A DNA stretch of 64,000 nt from an uncultured Lachnoclostridium sp. (lineage in GTDB: Bacteria; Bacillota; Clostridia; Lachnospirales; Lachnospiraceae). The position numbers were made by a program, and so were the translations under genes. Below are positions 48,332 through 58,770 of the stretch, piece after piece (position 1 is the first letter of the stretch; each line of letters opens with the position of its first letter). Below the pieces are notes generated by a model. The model ran no database searches. It was given only the letters and a program-made list of their open reading frames with translations, and was not told the DNA's origin. The stretch lies in contig CANBKJ010000004.1 of NCBI GenBank assembly GCA_947369165.1, forward strand, positions 4,552 to 68,551. The letters are read 5' to 3'.

Positions 48332-49087
48332 ATGCAGAAAGCGATAATCAATATTGGTGATAAAATTGAACTCACCCATGTGAAAAGTGCTTATAGGAGA
48401 AAATTGTCGGATCGCACATATGGAAGCAAGCTTTTGGATTATGATGGTTTTCGTGAAGCTAAAGTTTCCATGCCCATTTATGAGGGAAAGATTGTGCCTC
48501 TTGAATTGGATGATGAATACGATCTGTGTTTTTTTACTTCTTTCGGTCTATTCCGATGCCGTGCCAAAGTGAAGAAAAGATTCCGGGAGGGAAGAATGCA
48601 TGTGCTTCTGATGGAGTTTCTTTCACTGCCCAAAAAATATCAGAGACGAAAATTTTTCCGTCTTGAGTGTATGATGGAGATTCGCTACCGCGAGATCTCC
48701 CAGGACGAGAAAGTTCTATATGATCTGGTGGAAGCAGATGAGATCGAAGATTTTGAGAAGCAGCTTTATGAGAAAAAGATGCGTGAACTTGCCAGCCGCT
48801 GGAACAGAGCGCTATTAACGGATATCAGTGGAGGCGGCGTGCGCTTTCAATGTAAGGATAAAGTAGATCCAGGCACATATATTGAAGTGGATATTCCTCT
48901 CCAGACAGCGGCAACGGGAGCGTTTAAGTTTCGTTGTATGGCGAAAGTTGTGGCGATAGTAGATATCAAAAATGGAGCATATCATTCAGAACTTCGCTGC
49001 GAGTTTGATAATATTGGGCGAGAACAGAGGGAATCAGTGGTGAAATATGTCTTTGAAGAGCAGAAAAGACGATTAAGAAAGGAATAA
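48332..49087 (+). CDS. YcgR/PilZ-domain c-di-GMP-binding flagellar brake
   Basis: QRRKFFR (RxxxR) and DISGGG (DxSxxG) PilZ motifs; YcgR-like N-terminus. Confidence 0.88.
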   Translation: MQKAIINIGDKIELTHVKSAYRRKLSDRTYGSKLLDYDGFREAKVSMPIYEGKIVPLELDDEYDLCFFTSFGLFRCRAKVKKRFREGRMHVLLMEFLSLPKKYQRRKFFRLECMMEIRYREISQDEKVLYDLVEADEIEDFEKQLYEKKMRELASRWNRALLTDISGGGVRFQCKDKVDPGTYIEVDIPLQTAATGAFKFRCMAKVVAIVDIKNGAYHSELRCEFDNIGREQRESVVKYVFEEQKRRLRKE

Positions 49088-49088
49088 C

Positions 49089-50168
49089 ATGAAAAAAATT
49101 CTGATTGTTGATGACTCTGCACTTATGAGAAGGGTCATGTCTGATATAATATCATCAGAACCTGGAATGACTGTTGCGAATACGGCGGATAATGGTTCAA
49201 CTGCGGTAAGATATTTAGAGAATGGTAAACGATATGACTGTATCCTTTTGGATATTAATATGCCCAAAATGGATGGTCTCGGTTTTTTGACATATATCAA
49301 TGAAAATCGTATTACGATACCTGTTTTAGTGGTTAGTTCGATTGCCAGCCAAAGCACGAAGGAAACCATGCGGGCATTGGAACTGGGGGCCTATGATTTT
49401 GTAAAAAAACCGGATGGAGTTGCCACATCGGAGTTTAAGGATCAGTTGTTACAGAAGGTCAAATGTGCCTTTGGACTTAAGCCAATGTCATATCAGGAAC
49501 CAACGATCCGAAGACAGTCGGAACCACGTGTGTTTAAACCTGCGCAAAGGTCCCAGAGATGGCAGGGGACTTCCAGCGGCAGAGGAACGATTCTTTTTAT
49601 TGCTTCTTCTACGGGAGGGCCGAAAGCGCTTCAGTCAGTAGTTCCCAGATTCCCGAAGAATATTGGGTGTCCCATCGTGGTGGTGCAGCACATGCCAGAG
49701 GGCTTTACCAATTCTTTGGCAGAGCGTCTCAATGAGATGAGCGAGTGTCAGGTAAAAGAGGCTGCGGACGGTGAGACATTGCAGAATGGTGTTGTATACG
49801 TGGCAAAGGGAGGATATCAGCTTCGGGCAGAATTAAAGAATTTGAATGAACATTGTTTGGCGGTTAGGAAAGAAGAACCAAGAGGGGGACTTCGCCCCTG
49901 CGCCGACATTTTTCTTGAATCTCTTTTGAATTCCAGTTATCAGAGAATTTTTTGTGGAATACTGACCGGTATGGGAAGCGACGGGACGAAGGGACTTATA
50001 CAGTTAAAACAATGCAAAAAGGTTTACACGGTGGGGCAGAGTGAGGGATCCTGTGTTGTATATGGCATGCCCCGCGCAGCAGTAAAAGCAGGTGTTGTAG
50101 ATGAAGTGGCTGATTTACAGAAGGTTGCTGATTTGCTGATCGCTGCTATGCAGCAGAATGGAGGATAA
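49089..50168 (+). CDS. cheB: Chemotaxis methylesterase CheB
   Basis: REC domain plus ASSTGGP, QHMP and LTGMGSDG catalytic motifs. Confidence 0.96.
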   Translation: MKKILIVDDSALMRRVMSDIISSEPGMTVANTADNGSTAVRYLENGKRYDCILLDINMPKMDGLGFLTYINENRITIPVLVVSSIASQSTKETMRALELGAYDFVKKPDGVATSEFKDQLLQKVKCAFGLKPMSYQEPTIRRQSEPRVFKPAQRSQRWQGTSSGRGTILFIASSTGGPKALQSVVPRFPKNIGCPIVVVQHMPEGFTNSLAERLNEMSECQVKEAADGETLQNGVVYVAKGGYQLRAELKNLNEHCLAVRKEEPRGGLRPCADIFLESLLNSSYQRIFCGILTGMGSDGTKGLIQLKQCKKVYTVGQSEGSCVVYGMPRAAVKAGVVDEVADLQKVADLLIAAMQQNGG

Positions 50169-50169
50169 A

Positions 50170-52257
50170 ATGGATACCAGTCAATATTTAGAGTTGTTTA
50201 TTGATGAAACAAAAGAGCATCTGCAGTCATTGAATGAGCATATTCTGGAGCTGGAGAAGGATCCAGAAAACGACGATACCATCAATGAGATTTTCCGGGC
50301 TGCCCATACATTAAAGGGAATGTCTGGAACGATGGGATATACGAGGATGCAGCGTCTTACCCATGATCTTGAAAATGTATTTTCGGAGATCCGGAATGGC
50401 AACATGAAGGCAAATGAAAAGCTGGTTGATATTCTATTTCGTGGATTGGATGCACTGGAATCCTATCTGGATGTTATTTCCAGTACCGGAAGCGAGGGAA
50501 CAGAAGATAATGAGGATATTATCAACGATCTGAATGAAGTGATCGCGGAGGAAACGGGAACTGACAGCGGCGCGCCGGAGGAGACAAAAAGGGCAGAAGC
50601 GAGCCTGGTAAAAGAGGTAAAACCTTCAGAGAATAATCCGGCAAAAAATAAATATGAACAGATTCCGGTTTCGGAGTATGAGATTCATGCCATGGAAAAT
50701 GCGAAGGAAGATGGGCAGAATGTTTATGGAATTACCGTTTATCTTCAGGAGTCTTGTATACTGAAAGCGGCAAGAGCTTTCCTTGTATTTAAGACGGTAG
50801 AAGATAAGGGAGAATTGATCAAGTCTGTACCAGATACAGAAAAGATCGAGGATGAAGAGTTTGATCTCGATTTTAGCTGGATTCTTGCCACTAAGGAAAG
50901 TAAGGAGACCATCAAACAGCTGATTATGAATGTATCTGAGATTTCTGAGGTTTGTATTGATGATTTCCAATATACAGCGGTTGTTCAGAATACACAACCG
51001 GAAAAGGAAGAGAAGAAAGAAGAAAAACCAGAGGTAAAAGAACCGGCGAAAAAGCAGCCACCCCAGGCGGCAGCAAAGGGGAAGGTGGCAAGCCGCTCTG
51101 TGCGAGTCGACATTGACAAGCTGGATGTGCTGATGAACCTGGTGAGTGAGCTGATCATTGCGAAGAATGCTCTTGTATCTGTGACCTCCGGGGACAATGG
51201 TGCAGAGGTAGGATCTGGACAGATTTTCCATGAGAATATAGAATACTTGGAGCGTGTCACTACAAACCTTCATGAGTCTGTTATGAAGGTGAGGATGGTT
51301 CCGATCGAGAGTGTAGTGAATCGTTTTCCGCGTATGATTCGTGACCTGAACCGGAAACTCAATAAAAAGATGGAGCTGTATATGACCGGTGAGGATACAG
51401 AGCTTGACCGTACCGTGATCGATGAACTGGGAGATCCTTTGATGCATCTGCTTCGTAATTCAGCAGACCATGGTCTGGAGAGCAACGAGGAACGTGTTCG
51501 TCTGGGGAAACCGGAAGTGGGATCCATTTTCCTGGATGCTTATCAGGATGGAAATAATGTAACCATTGAGGTGAGAGACGATGGTGGTGGAATTGATACG
51601 GAAAAGGTTAGAAGAAAAGCTCTGGAAAAGGGAACGATTACCTTACAGCAGGCAGAGGCGATGACGGATAAGGATTACATCGATCTGTTATTTCAGCCAA
51701 GTTTTTCGACAGCAGACCAGATTTCTGACGTGTCCGGCAGAGGTGTGGGACTTGATGTGGTGAAGACAAAGATCGAGTCTCTGGGCGGAAGTATTGAGGC
51801 CAGAACGGTCAAAGGACAGGGAAGTACATTCGTGATCCAGCTTCCATTGACCCTTGCTATCATACAGGCATTGATGGTGGAAGTGGGAACGGAAAAATAT
51901 GCCATTCCTCTTGGGAACATTGATACGATTGAAGACATTTCCCAGGATGATATCAAATTGGTTCAGTCTAAGGAAGTAATTTATCTTAGAGGCAGCGTGA
52001 TTCCGATTATCCGTATGAATGAAATTCTCGAAATGGAGGATTATGATAAGGAAGCTGATATTGAATCAGGAGTTGCTGTAGTTGTAAAGAAGGGCGATCA
52101 GAGACTGGGATTGGTTGTAGATAATCTTCTTGGACAGCAGGAGACCGTAATCAAGTCCATGGGACACCATATCACCAATGCGAAACTGTTCAGTGGGGCG
52201 ACGATTCTTGGAGACGGTGAAGTGGCATTGATCCTTGATACAAACACACTGATTTAG
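50170..52257 (+). CDS. cheA: Chemotaxis histidine kinase CheA
   Basis: IFRAAHTLKG (Hpt); HLLRNSADHG; VRDDGGG; SGRGVGLDVV; CheW domain. Confidence 0.97.
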   Translation: MDTSQYLELFIDETKEHLQSLNEHILELEKDPENDDTINEIFRAAHTLKGMSGTMGYTRMQRLTHDLENVFSEIRNGNMKANEKLVDILFRGLDALESYLDVISSTGSEGTEDNEDIINDLNEVIAEETGTDSGAPEETKRAEASLVKEVKPSENNPAKNKYEQIPVSEYEIHAMENAKEDGQNVYGITVYLQESCILKAARAFLVFKTVEDKGELIKSVPDTEKIEDEEFDLDFSWILATKESKETIKQLIMNVSEISEVCIDDFQYTAVVQNTQPEKEEKKEEKPEVKEPAKKQPPQAAAKGKVASRSVRVDIDKLDVLMNLVSELIIAKNALVSVTSGDNGAEVGSGQIFHENIEYLERVTTNLHESVMKVRMVPIESVVNRFPRMIRDLNRKLNKKMELYMTGEDTELDRTVIDELGDPLMHLLRNSADHGLESNEERVRLGKPEVGSIFLDAYQDGNNVTIEVRDDGGGIDTEKVRRKALEKGTITLQQAEAMTDKDYIDLLFQPSFSTADQISDVSGRGVGLDVVKTKIESLGGSIEARTVKGQGSTFVIQLPLTLAIIQALMVEVGTEKYAIPLGNIDTIEDISQDDIKLVQSKEVIYLRGSVIPIIRMNEILEMEDYDKEADIESGVAVVVKKGDQRLGLVVDNLLGQQETVIKSMGHHITNAKLFSGATILGDGEVALILDTNTLI

Positions 52258-52269
52258 GAGGGCGAGCAA

Positions 52270-52734
52270 ATGGACGGAATGATGAATGAAAATGCAGTAG
52301 AGGAAATTCAGTACATAGTGATCCGAATTGGTGATGAACAGTACGGAATCAATATTGGATATGTGGATAATATTGTCAGAATGCAGAGAATTACCAGGGT
52401 TCCAAAATCTCAGCCTTACTACGTTGGTGTGATCAATCTGAGAGGTGAGGTAGTGCCGGTCATGAGCCTTCGTAGAAGGTTTGACCTAGAGAATGATTCC
52501 TATGAAGGTTCCACCCGTATCATTATTCTGAAGTTAGAAGATCAGTCCCTGGTGGGAGTTATCGTGGATGAGGTAAGAGAGGTTGTGAACCTAAATCCAG
52601 AAACAATAGAGACACCTTCCTTCAAATTGGATGAGAAGAATGCTGCCTATCTCGCCGGTATTGGTAAAAACGGTGAAAATCTTATTTCTCTTCTTAATAT
52701 AGAAAACGTAGTGGGAGAATCAAAGACAGTATGA
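52270..52734 (+). CDS. cheW: Chemotaxis coupling protein CheW
   Basis: ITRVPKSQPYYVGVINLRGEVVPV; VGVIVDEV. Confidence 0.95.
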   Translation: MDGMMNENAVEEIQYIVIRIGDEQYGINIGYVDNIVRMQRITRVPKSQPYYVGVINLRGEVVPVMSLRRRFDLENDSYEGSTRIIILKLEDQSLVGVIVDEVREVVNLNPETIETPSFKLDEKNAAYLAGIGKNGENLISLLNIENVVGESKTV

Positions 52735-53216
52735 GTGACATAATACGTGTGGGAATGGCAGATTTTAAACTCTGCCGTTCTCCACAGAAGATATCAACCC
52801 TTGGGCTCGGTTCCTGTCTGGGGGTTGTGTTGTATGATAGAACCACAAAGATTTGTGGACTTGCACATGTTATGATGCCGGACAGTAGTCAGATTTCCCA
52901 AAATACAAATCGCATGAAGTTTGTGGATACCTGTATTCCGGATATGTACGAAGAGCTCCTGCGGGTAGGGGCTAAAAAATCTGGAATTATTGCTAAAATG
53001 GCAGGCGGAGCGAAGATGTTTTCCTATCAGTCCAATAACAAGTTTCTAAATATTGGGCAACAGAATGTGGATGCTGTGCATGAAGTTCTTGGTGAACTTC
53101 GAATACCAATTCTGGCAGAAGATGTGGGAAGCAATTATGGCAGAACCATTGAATTCGATACAGTAACCGGAGGATTGAGTGTGAAAGCAGTGGGATTTGG
53201 CGACAGTATCATTTGA
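52731..53216 (+). CDS. cheD: Chemoreceptor glutamine deamidase CheD
   Basis: TLGLGSCLGV, AHVMMP, AKMAGGA, EDVGSNYGR. Confidence 0.95.
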   Translation: MSDIIRVGMADFKLCRSPQKISTLGLGSCLGVVLYDRTTKICGLAHVMMPDSSQISQNTNRMKFVDTCIPDMYEELLRVGAKKSGIIAKMAGGAKMFSYQSNNKFLNIGQQNVDAVHEVLGELRIPILAEDVGSNYGRTIEFDTVTGGLSVKAVGFGDSII

Positions 53217-53250
53217 TATGAATGATTGTCAGGCAGAATGGGGGAAAATA

Positions 53251-53574
53251 ATGAAATATAGATTTATTCCGGCATTTACAATGTTGCTGGCGGGACTGGT
53301 GTGCTGCATCATGAGTATTGTACAGAGATGGGATGTTACGTATAGCCTTATCGTATTGATGATCGTCCTTATTTTATTTTATATCATAGGTCAGATCGCG
53401 GCACAGGTAGTAGGTAAAGTGGTGGCAGAGCATGAAGCCATGGTCCGGGCAGAGAATGAACGGATTCGTCTGGAGGAAGAAGCAAGGAGACTGGAAGAGC
53501 TTCAGGCGGAGGAGGAAAAGAAGCGCCGGGAAAAAGAAAGCGACGAAGCAGAACAGGAAGAAGATGATGTCTGA
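53251..53574 (+). CDS. Hypothetical membrane protein (2 TM plus charged coiled-coil tail)
   Basis: ORF between cheD and fliA; hydrophobic N-terminus. Confidence 0.75.
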   Translation: MKYRFIPAFTMLLAGLVCCIMSIVQRWDVTYSLIVLMIVLILFYIIGQIAAQVVGKVVAEHEAMVRAENERIRLEEEARRLEELQAEEEKKRREKESDEAEQEEDDV

Positions 53575-53613
53575 TCTGACGATATTTTATCGTAAGATAG
53601 TGAGGGAGCTCTT

Positions 53614-54390
53614 ATGGCGATGAATGAATCCGAAAAGAAGAAGATATGGGACAAATATATAAAGACGAAAAGCCCGGAACTTAGGGAGCAGCTGATCGTC
53701 GAATACGCGAATCTGGTAAATCTGGTTGCCGGACGAATGGGTATGTATCTAGGATATACGGTGGAATATGATGATTTAGTGGGATATGGTATATTTGGAC
53801 TGATTGATGCCATCGATAAGTTTGATCTTGCTAAAAATGTAAAATTTGAAACCTATGCCAGCCTTCGGATTCGGGGGTCTATTCTGGATCAGATTCGGAA
53901 GATGGATTGGATTCCCCGGACACTGCGCCAAAAGCAGAAACAGATGGATGCAGCCAGTGCCAGACTGGAGGGAGAATTGGGACGACCAGCGACTGATTCG
54001 GAGATTGCCGAAGAACTGGAGATTAGTTTGGAAGAGTATGACAGCTGGAAAAATGAAGCACAATTTACTAATCTTGTATCTCTGGACGATTTTTTGGAAC
54101 AGGGTGGAGATGCCAAAATGGATTCTGCGGGAGGAACCAGCCGTTTTGATCAACCAGAACAAGCACTGGAAAAGCAGGAGCTCAAGCGGATGCTGGTAGA
54201 AGCATTAAAGACGCTTACCGAAAAAGAGTCCAGTGTAATCACGCTCTATTATTATGAGGATATGACATTAAAAGAAATCAGCAGGATTTTGGAGGTTTCG
54301 GAATCCAGGGTTTCCCAGCTTCATACGAAAGCACTGCAGAAGATCAAGGTGCAAATGGGGGATTCGATAGATCTGTTAAATCTTTTTTAA
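53614..54390 (+). CDS. fliA: Flagellar sigma factor (FliA/SigD/WhiG family)
   Basis: YDDLVGYGIFGLIDAIDKF; RIRGSILDQIRKMDW; LKEISRILEVSESRVSQLH. Confidence 0.95.
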   Translation: MAMNESEKKKIWDKYIKTKSPELREQLIVEYANLVNLVAGRMGMYLGYTVEYDDLVGYGIFGLIDAIDKFDLAKNVKFETYASLRIRGSILDQIRKMDWIPRTLRQKQKQMDAASARLEGELGRPATDSEIAEELEISLEEYDSWKNEAQFTNLVSLDDFLEQGGDAKMDSAGGTSRFDQPEQALEKQELKRMLVEALKTLTEKESSVITLYYYEDMTLKEISRILEVSESRVSQLHTKALQKIKVQMGDSIDLLNLF

Positions 54391-54466
54391 GGTAAGATAT
54401 ATTTTTATGGATTTTATCAGAAAGAACGGATAAAACACCGGGGAAAGACTGAAAGGGGAGGATTCT

Positions 54467-56065
54467 ATGGGGGAAAACGCATACTTCCAGATTGTGCATA
54501 AGACAAATCGAACATTTCTTAAGGTGTTTCCAGCTTCACAGGATGGAGAGATGTTTCTTATTGATGAAGTTATACGATATCTGGATCGGATCAATTTACC
54601 CGACTATGATTCGGTGGCACTGAATCAGTATCTGAAGCGGGCTGATTTCCAGAAAGAATTCCGTTTATTGGATCAGGAGATACTGCCAGAAAACGAGAGG
54701 TGTTTCATTGATATCTATGATGAGGGGGAAAAAGCAGTTGCCAGGTTTTATCCTCCCTCCAGCAATGGAAAAAAGTTGACCAGGGAAGATATACTGAGTG
54801 ACTTGAAATTTGAAGGAGTAGTCCACGGTATCCGAGAAGATGTGCTGGACGAGTTTATAAAAGCCCCGGAATATTGTCGGGATTATGTTGTGGCAGAGGC
54901 CACACCACCGGTTCAGGGACACGACGCTGTGGTGGAGTATCATTTTGATATCAATGCGACAGCAAAACCCAAACTAAACGATGATGGAAGTGTGGACTTT
55001 CATCATCTGGGAAATATCAAGCCAGTCCAGGTCGGAGAAAAGCTGGCGACACTTACGCCGGCGGATTTTGGTAAGCCAGGTGTCAGTGTTACAGGAAAGT
55101 CATTATCTCCCAATAAAGTAGCAGTGAAACGACTTCGTCATGGCCGGAATATAACGATGACAGAGGATGGCTGTGAGCTCTATTCCCAGGTGGCGGGGCA
55201 TGTGACACTTGTGGATGACCTTGTCATGGTATCCAATATATACGATGTGCCGGCAAATGTGGATGCATCTACCGGAGATATTGAATATAAGGGAACGGTA
55301 AATGTAGTTGGGAACGTGAATACTGGCTATGTCATTAAGGCAGATGGAGATATTATTGTAAATGGTGTTGTGGAGGGGGCTGATCTTATAGCTGGTGGAA
55401 ACATTGTTCTTAAGCGGGGAATGCAGGGAATGTCCAGAGGGACTCTGACCGCAGAGGGAAATGTAACCGCTAAGTTTATAGAAAACAGCCAGATTAAATG
55501 TAAAGGTACTTTGATGTGTGATGCAGTGCTGCACAGTGATGTAGAGTGCCAAGGAGAAATTGCGGTTCTTGGTAAAAAAGGATTGATCAATGGCGGCCAC
55601 ATTCGTTCCTATGCTAATATTGCAGCAACTCAACTCGGTTCCTCCATGGGTACTTCTACGGTTGTAGAAGTGATGTCAGATATTGGATTGGTGAAATTGT
55701 TAAATGAAACAGAGGAAAAGACCGAAAAAGCATGTGCAGCTTTAAAAAAGATGGATGGAGTTCTCCATTCCATTAAAAAGTGTGTGAAGACAGGAAAAGA
55801 CCTGTCGTCAAAACAGAAGGAGTATTTAAAGACAGCTTCTACTTCTAAACCTAAGATTCAGAAGAAGATTGAGAGCATGAAGGCGCAGTGTGAGACACTT
55901 CAGAAGAGCATAAAAGCGAATTCAAATGTCAATATCCGAGTAGAGGGTGTGGTAAATTCCGGGGTGCAGATTGTGATTAAAGATGTATCCAAGATTATGA
56001 GTGACAGGGTGTCAAGGTGTAAGTTTGTAAGAGAGGGCGCAGATATCAAGTCGATTGGAATTTAA
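54467..56065 (+). CDS. FapA/DUF342-family flagellar assembly protein
   Basis: DFHHLGNIKPV...GEKLA; beta-solenoid repeats (VNVVGNVNTGYVIKADGDIIVNGVVEGA). Confidence 0.88.
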   Translation: MGENAYFQIVHKTNRTFLKVFPASQDGEMFLIDEVIRYLDRINLPDYDSVALNQYLKRADFQKEFRLLDQEILPENERCFIDIYDEGEKAVARFYPPSSNGKKLTREDILSDLKFEGVVHGIREDVLDEFIKAPEYCRDYVVAEATPPVQGHDAVVEYHFDINATAKPKLNDDGSVDFHHLGNIKPVQVGEKLATLTPADFGKPGVSVTGKSLSPNKVAVKRLRHGRNITMTEDGCELYSQVAGHVTLVDDLVMVSNIYDVPANVDASTGDIEYKGTVNVVGNVNTGYVIKADGDIIVNGVVEGADLIAGGNIVLKRGMQGMSRGTLTAEGNVTAKFIENSQIKCKGTLMCDAVLHSDVECQGEIAVLGKKGLINGGHIRSYANIAATQLGSSMGTSTVVEVMSDIGLVKLLNETEEKTEKACAALKKMDGVLHSIKKCVKTGKDLSSKQKEYLKTASTSKPKIQKKIESMKAQCETLQKSIKANSNVNIRVEGVVNSGVQIVIKDVSKIMSDRVSRCKFVREGADIKSIGI

Positions 56066-56096
56066 CTCATCAGCGAATTAAGAAGACCAGAAAGGT

Positions 56097-56414
56097 GTGG
56101 TGATCAATATGTCTATTAGTTCTATTGATGCTTCCACGATAGCTCCCAGATCATCGGAGGCGTCTGGAATCATAGGAAGAGAGCAGCATCAGTTTCAGCA
56201 TATGGGTGAAACTGCCGCCGCAAGCTTTGAAAAAAATGTAGAGCAGCAGAGCCAGAGGACGACAGAGGCGAATAAGAGTGAGAAAGAAGAATATCGTTTT
56301 GATGGCTCCGGTAAAAATAAATACAGCGGCGGGCGCAATAAAAAGAAAAAAAAGCAATCCGAAGAGGCGCCAATGGCACCAAAATCGGACAGCAGTTTTG
56401 ATATTATGATATAG
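56097..56414 (+). CDS. Hypothetical protein (flagellar-locus associated)
   Basis: 105-aa ORF with RBS; ends FDIMI; start uncertain (56097, 56100 or 56109). Confidence 0.75.
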   Translation: MVINMSISSIDASTIAPRSSEASGIIGREQHQFQHMGETAAASFEKNVEQQSQRTTEANKSEKEEYRFDGSGKNKYSGGRNKKKKKQSEEAPMAPKSDSSFDIMI

Positions 56415-56444
56415 CCAAAGTTTATCGATGCGGATAAGCTTTGG
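56415..56444 (+). other. Stem-loop directly upstream of the next RBS
   Basis: CCAAAGTTTATC/GATAAGCTTTGG. Confidence 0.5.
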
Positions 56445-56457
56445 GGGGAGGAAAAAA

Positions 56458-57141
56458 ATGAATGCAGCAGAAATCATACTTTTGATTTTGGGATTTTTGA
56501 GTATTTCTATTAGTTTCTTTGTGGGAAAAAAGGAAAAAAACTCAGATATTTCGGAAACAGCAGAGTATCAATCCAGAGACATATGGACAGAAAAAGAAGA
56601 GACGATGGTTCGGGAGCAGATTGAGACGATTCTCAGTGAGGAGAGGGAAAATGTAATTGCTGAGACCACGGATCAACTGAACCGGAAGAGCAATGAGAAG
56701 ATAATGGAATTTGATGATTTTTCGGCTCAGCTTATGGAAAAAATTAACCATAATCATGAAGAAGTCGTGTTTATGTATAATATGCTGAATGAAAAAGAAA
56801 AAGAGCTGAAGGAAGCCGCAGCGAAAAAAGGACCAGTAGATAAGACATCTGGTATAACAGCAGTAGAGCGGACAAATAAACAGGCATTAAAAACTACAAA
56901 TAAAAAAGCTGCTAAGCCAGCTGCTGATAAAAAAGGAACCTCTAAAATAGATGCTGATACCAAACCGCAGGCAGCGAAACCAGAGGCGGAGAAGAGTGAA
57001 AATCCTGATGATAGTAGTGTAACTAAAAACATTATTCATATGTATAAGCAGGGAAAATCTGTATTGGAAATCTCGAAGGAATTAGATATCGGACAGGGTG
57101 AGGTAAAACTGATGATTTCATTGTATGGAGGAAATAAATGA
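56458..57141 (+). CDS. Hypothetical membrane protein with C-terminal HTH-like motif (DUF6115-like)
   Basis: N-terminal TM; NHNHEEVVFMYNMLNEKEKEL; GKSVLEISKELDIGQGEVKLMISL. Confidence 0.75.
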   Translation: MNAAEIILLILGFLSISISFFVGKKEKNSDISETAEYQSRDIWTEKEETMVREQIETILSEERENVIAETTDQLNRKSNEKIMEFDDFSAQLMEKINHNHEEVVFMYNMLNEKEKELKEAAAKKGPVDKTSGITAVERTNKQALKTTNKKAAKPAADKKGTSKIDADTKPQAAKPEAEKSENPDDSSVTKNIIHMYKQGKSVLEISKELDIGQGEVKLMISLYGGNK

Positions 57142-57692
57142 AGAGTAAATGGTTTTTGAGAGGACTTGGTGTAGGAATCATAGTGACTGCTCTTCTTTTA
57201 TGCATAACATATCGCAGTTCCAGCGAAAATCGTAATGTGATCAAAGAGGCGCGGGAGCTGGGGATGGTGTTTCCAAAGGAAGAGACCACAGATACCAAAG
57301 CAGAGGTGGAGAAAATGGCGCAGGAAGTGAAGGATAATCCTGCTTCTAAGTCGGCAGTCAGTGCGGTTTCAAAATCAGCAGTCGGCACAGACACGAAAGT
57401 TCCTGATGAGAAAGATAAAAAGGCAAAGAAAAAACTAGAGGACAGCAAAAAGGATATTAAAAATGCATCTGCCTTTCAAAAGGGAAAGACTACTTTTGTA
57501 GTTCGAAATGGACTTTTGTCAAGTACTGTTGCCAGAGAGATGGAAGAGGCGGGAATCATTGATGATGCCAAAGACTTTAATGAATATCTGGTAGATAAAG
57601 GGTATGGAAGACGTATTCGCAGCGGTACGTACAAGATTCCGGAAGGAGCAGATTTTGATACCATTGCCAAAATTATAACAAGACAGGATTAA
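57138..57692 (+). CDS. Hypothetical protein with MltG/YceG N-terminal-like domain
   Basis: MKSKWFLRGLGVGII TM; VAREMEEAGIIDDAKDFNEYL...IRSGTYKIP...IAKII. Confidence 0.75.
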   Translation: MKSKWFLRGLGVGIIVTALLLCITYRSSSENRNVIKEARELGMVFPKEETTDTKAEVEKMAQEVKDNPASKSAVSAVSKSAVGTDTKVPDEKDKKAKKKLEDSKKDIKNASAFQKGKTTFVVRNGLLSSTVAREMEEAGIIDDAKDFNEYLVDKGYGRRIRSGTYKIPEGADFDTIAKIITRQD

Positions 57693-57779
57693 GTCAAAAT
57701 AGAGAATAGATAAAGTAAATGTTTTCTTTGTTATGGACTTGGATCATGATAATGAATGCAGGGTTTTTTAAATAAAACC

Positions 57780-57808
57780 TTGCATTTTGCTTAATTTTGT
57801 GATAAAAT
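57780..57808 (+). promoter_or_regulatory. Sigma-A promoter of rpsB-tsf
   Basis: TTGCAT - 17 bp - TAAAAT with TG extension. Confidence 0.7.
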
Positions 57809-57819
57809 AAATCGGATTG

Positions 57820-57946
57820 AAAAAACACGTTGACTGATTTTTTTCAATGGTGCTTTGTATTTCGCGGGATCGCAGGCAGTGGTCTTTCGGGAGGACAAGG
57901 TTTTGAAAAAGAAATGAAGTCTTCGGAAGAAAAAACCATATGGAGG
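57820..57946 (+). promoter_or_regulatory. Probable rpsB 5' leader (S2 autoregulation)
   Basis: About 130-nt untranslated leader with AAACAC...GATT...GGTGC...GAAATGAAG elements that resemble Firmicutes rpsB leaders (recognised from memory). Confidence 0.5.
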
Positions 57947-57954
57947 TAAGAAAA

Positions 57955-58695
57955 ATGAGTGTTATTTCAATGAAACAGTTATTGGAAGCCGGTGTTCACT
58001 TTGGACATCAGACAAGAAGATGGAACCCTAAAATGGCAGAGTACATCTACACAGAGAGAAATGGTATTTATATCATTGACCTTCAAAAATCTGTAGGAAA
58101 AGTAGATGAAGCTTACAACGCGATTAAGGAGATCGCTGCGGATGGTGGCAGTATTCTTTTTGTTGGTACGAAAAAGCAGGCACAGGATTCCATTAAGAAT
58201 GAAGCAGAGCGCTGTGGAATGTACTACGTAAATGAGAGATGGCTTGGAGGTATGTTGACTAACTTCAAGACGATCCAGGCTCGAATCAAGAGACTTAAAG
58301 CGATTGAGAAAATGGCAGAAGATGGAACATTTGATGTTCTTCCTAAGAAAGAAGTTATTAACCTGAAAAAAGAGTGGGCAAAGCTTGAGAAAAATCTTGG
58401 CGGTATCAAAGATATGAAGACCATACCGGATGCAATCTTTGTTGTAGATCCTAAGAAAGAGAGAATTTGTATTCAGGAAGCTCACATTCTTGGTATTCCA
58501 TTGGTAGGTATCGTAGATACCAACTGTGATCCGGAGGAACTGGATTATGTGATCCCGGGAAATGATGATGCGATTCGTGCCGTGAAGCTGATTGTTTCCA
58601 AGATGGCAGATGCTGTAATCGAGGCAAAACAGGGCGAGACCTATGCAGATGCAGCAGACGAAGCTGAGGAAGAGACAGCAGCAGAGACAGAATAA
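57955..58695 (+). CDS. rpsB: 30S ribosomal protein S2
   Basis: [22 protein letters not shown]; [12 protein letters not shown]. Confidence 0.98.
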   Translation: MSVISMKQLLEAGVHFGHQTRRWNPKMAEYIYTERNGIYIIDLQKSVGKVDEAYNAIKEIAADGGSILFVGTKKQAQDSIKNEAERCGMYYVNERWLGGMLTNFKTIQARIKRLKAIEKMAEDGTFDVLPKKEVINLKKEWAKLEKNLGGIKDMKTIPDAIFVVDPKKERICIQEAHILGIPLVGIVDTNCDPEELDYVIPGNDDAIRAVKLIVSKMADAVIEAKQGETYADAADEAEEETAAETE

Positions 58696-58770
58696 TATAA
58701 TCATGTCGCGAATGACAGCGGCTGCTCAATAGCGGCATTTCTATTTAGGGAAGAAAGGAAGATTAGAACA

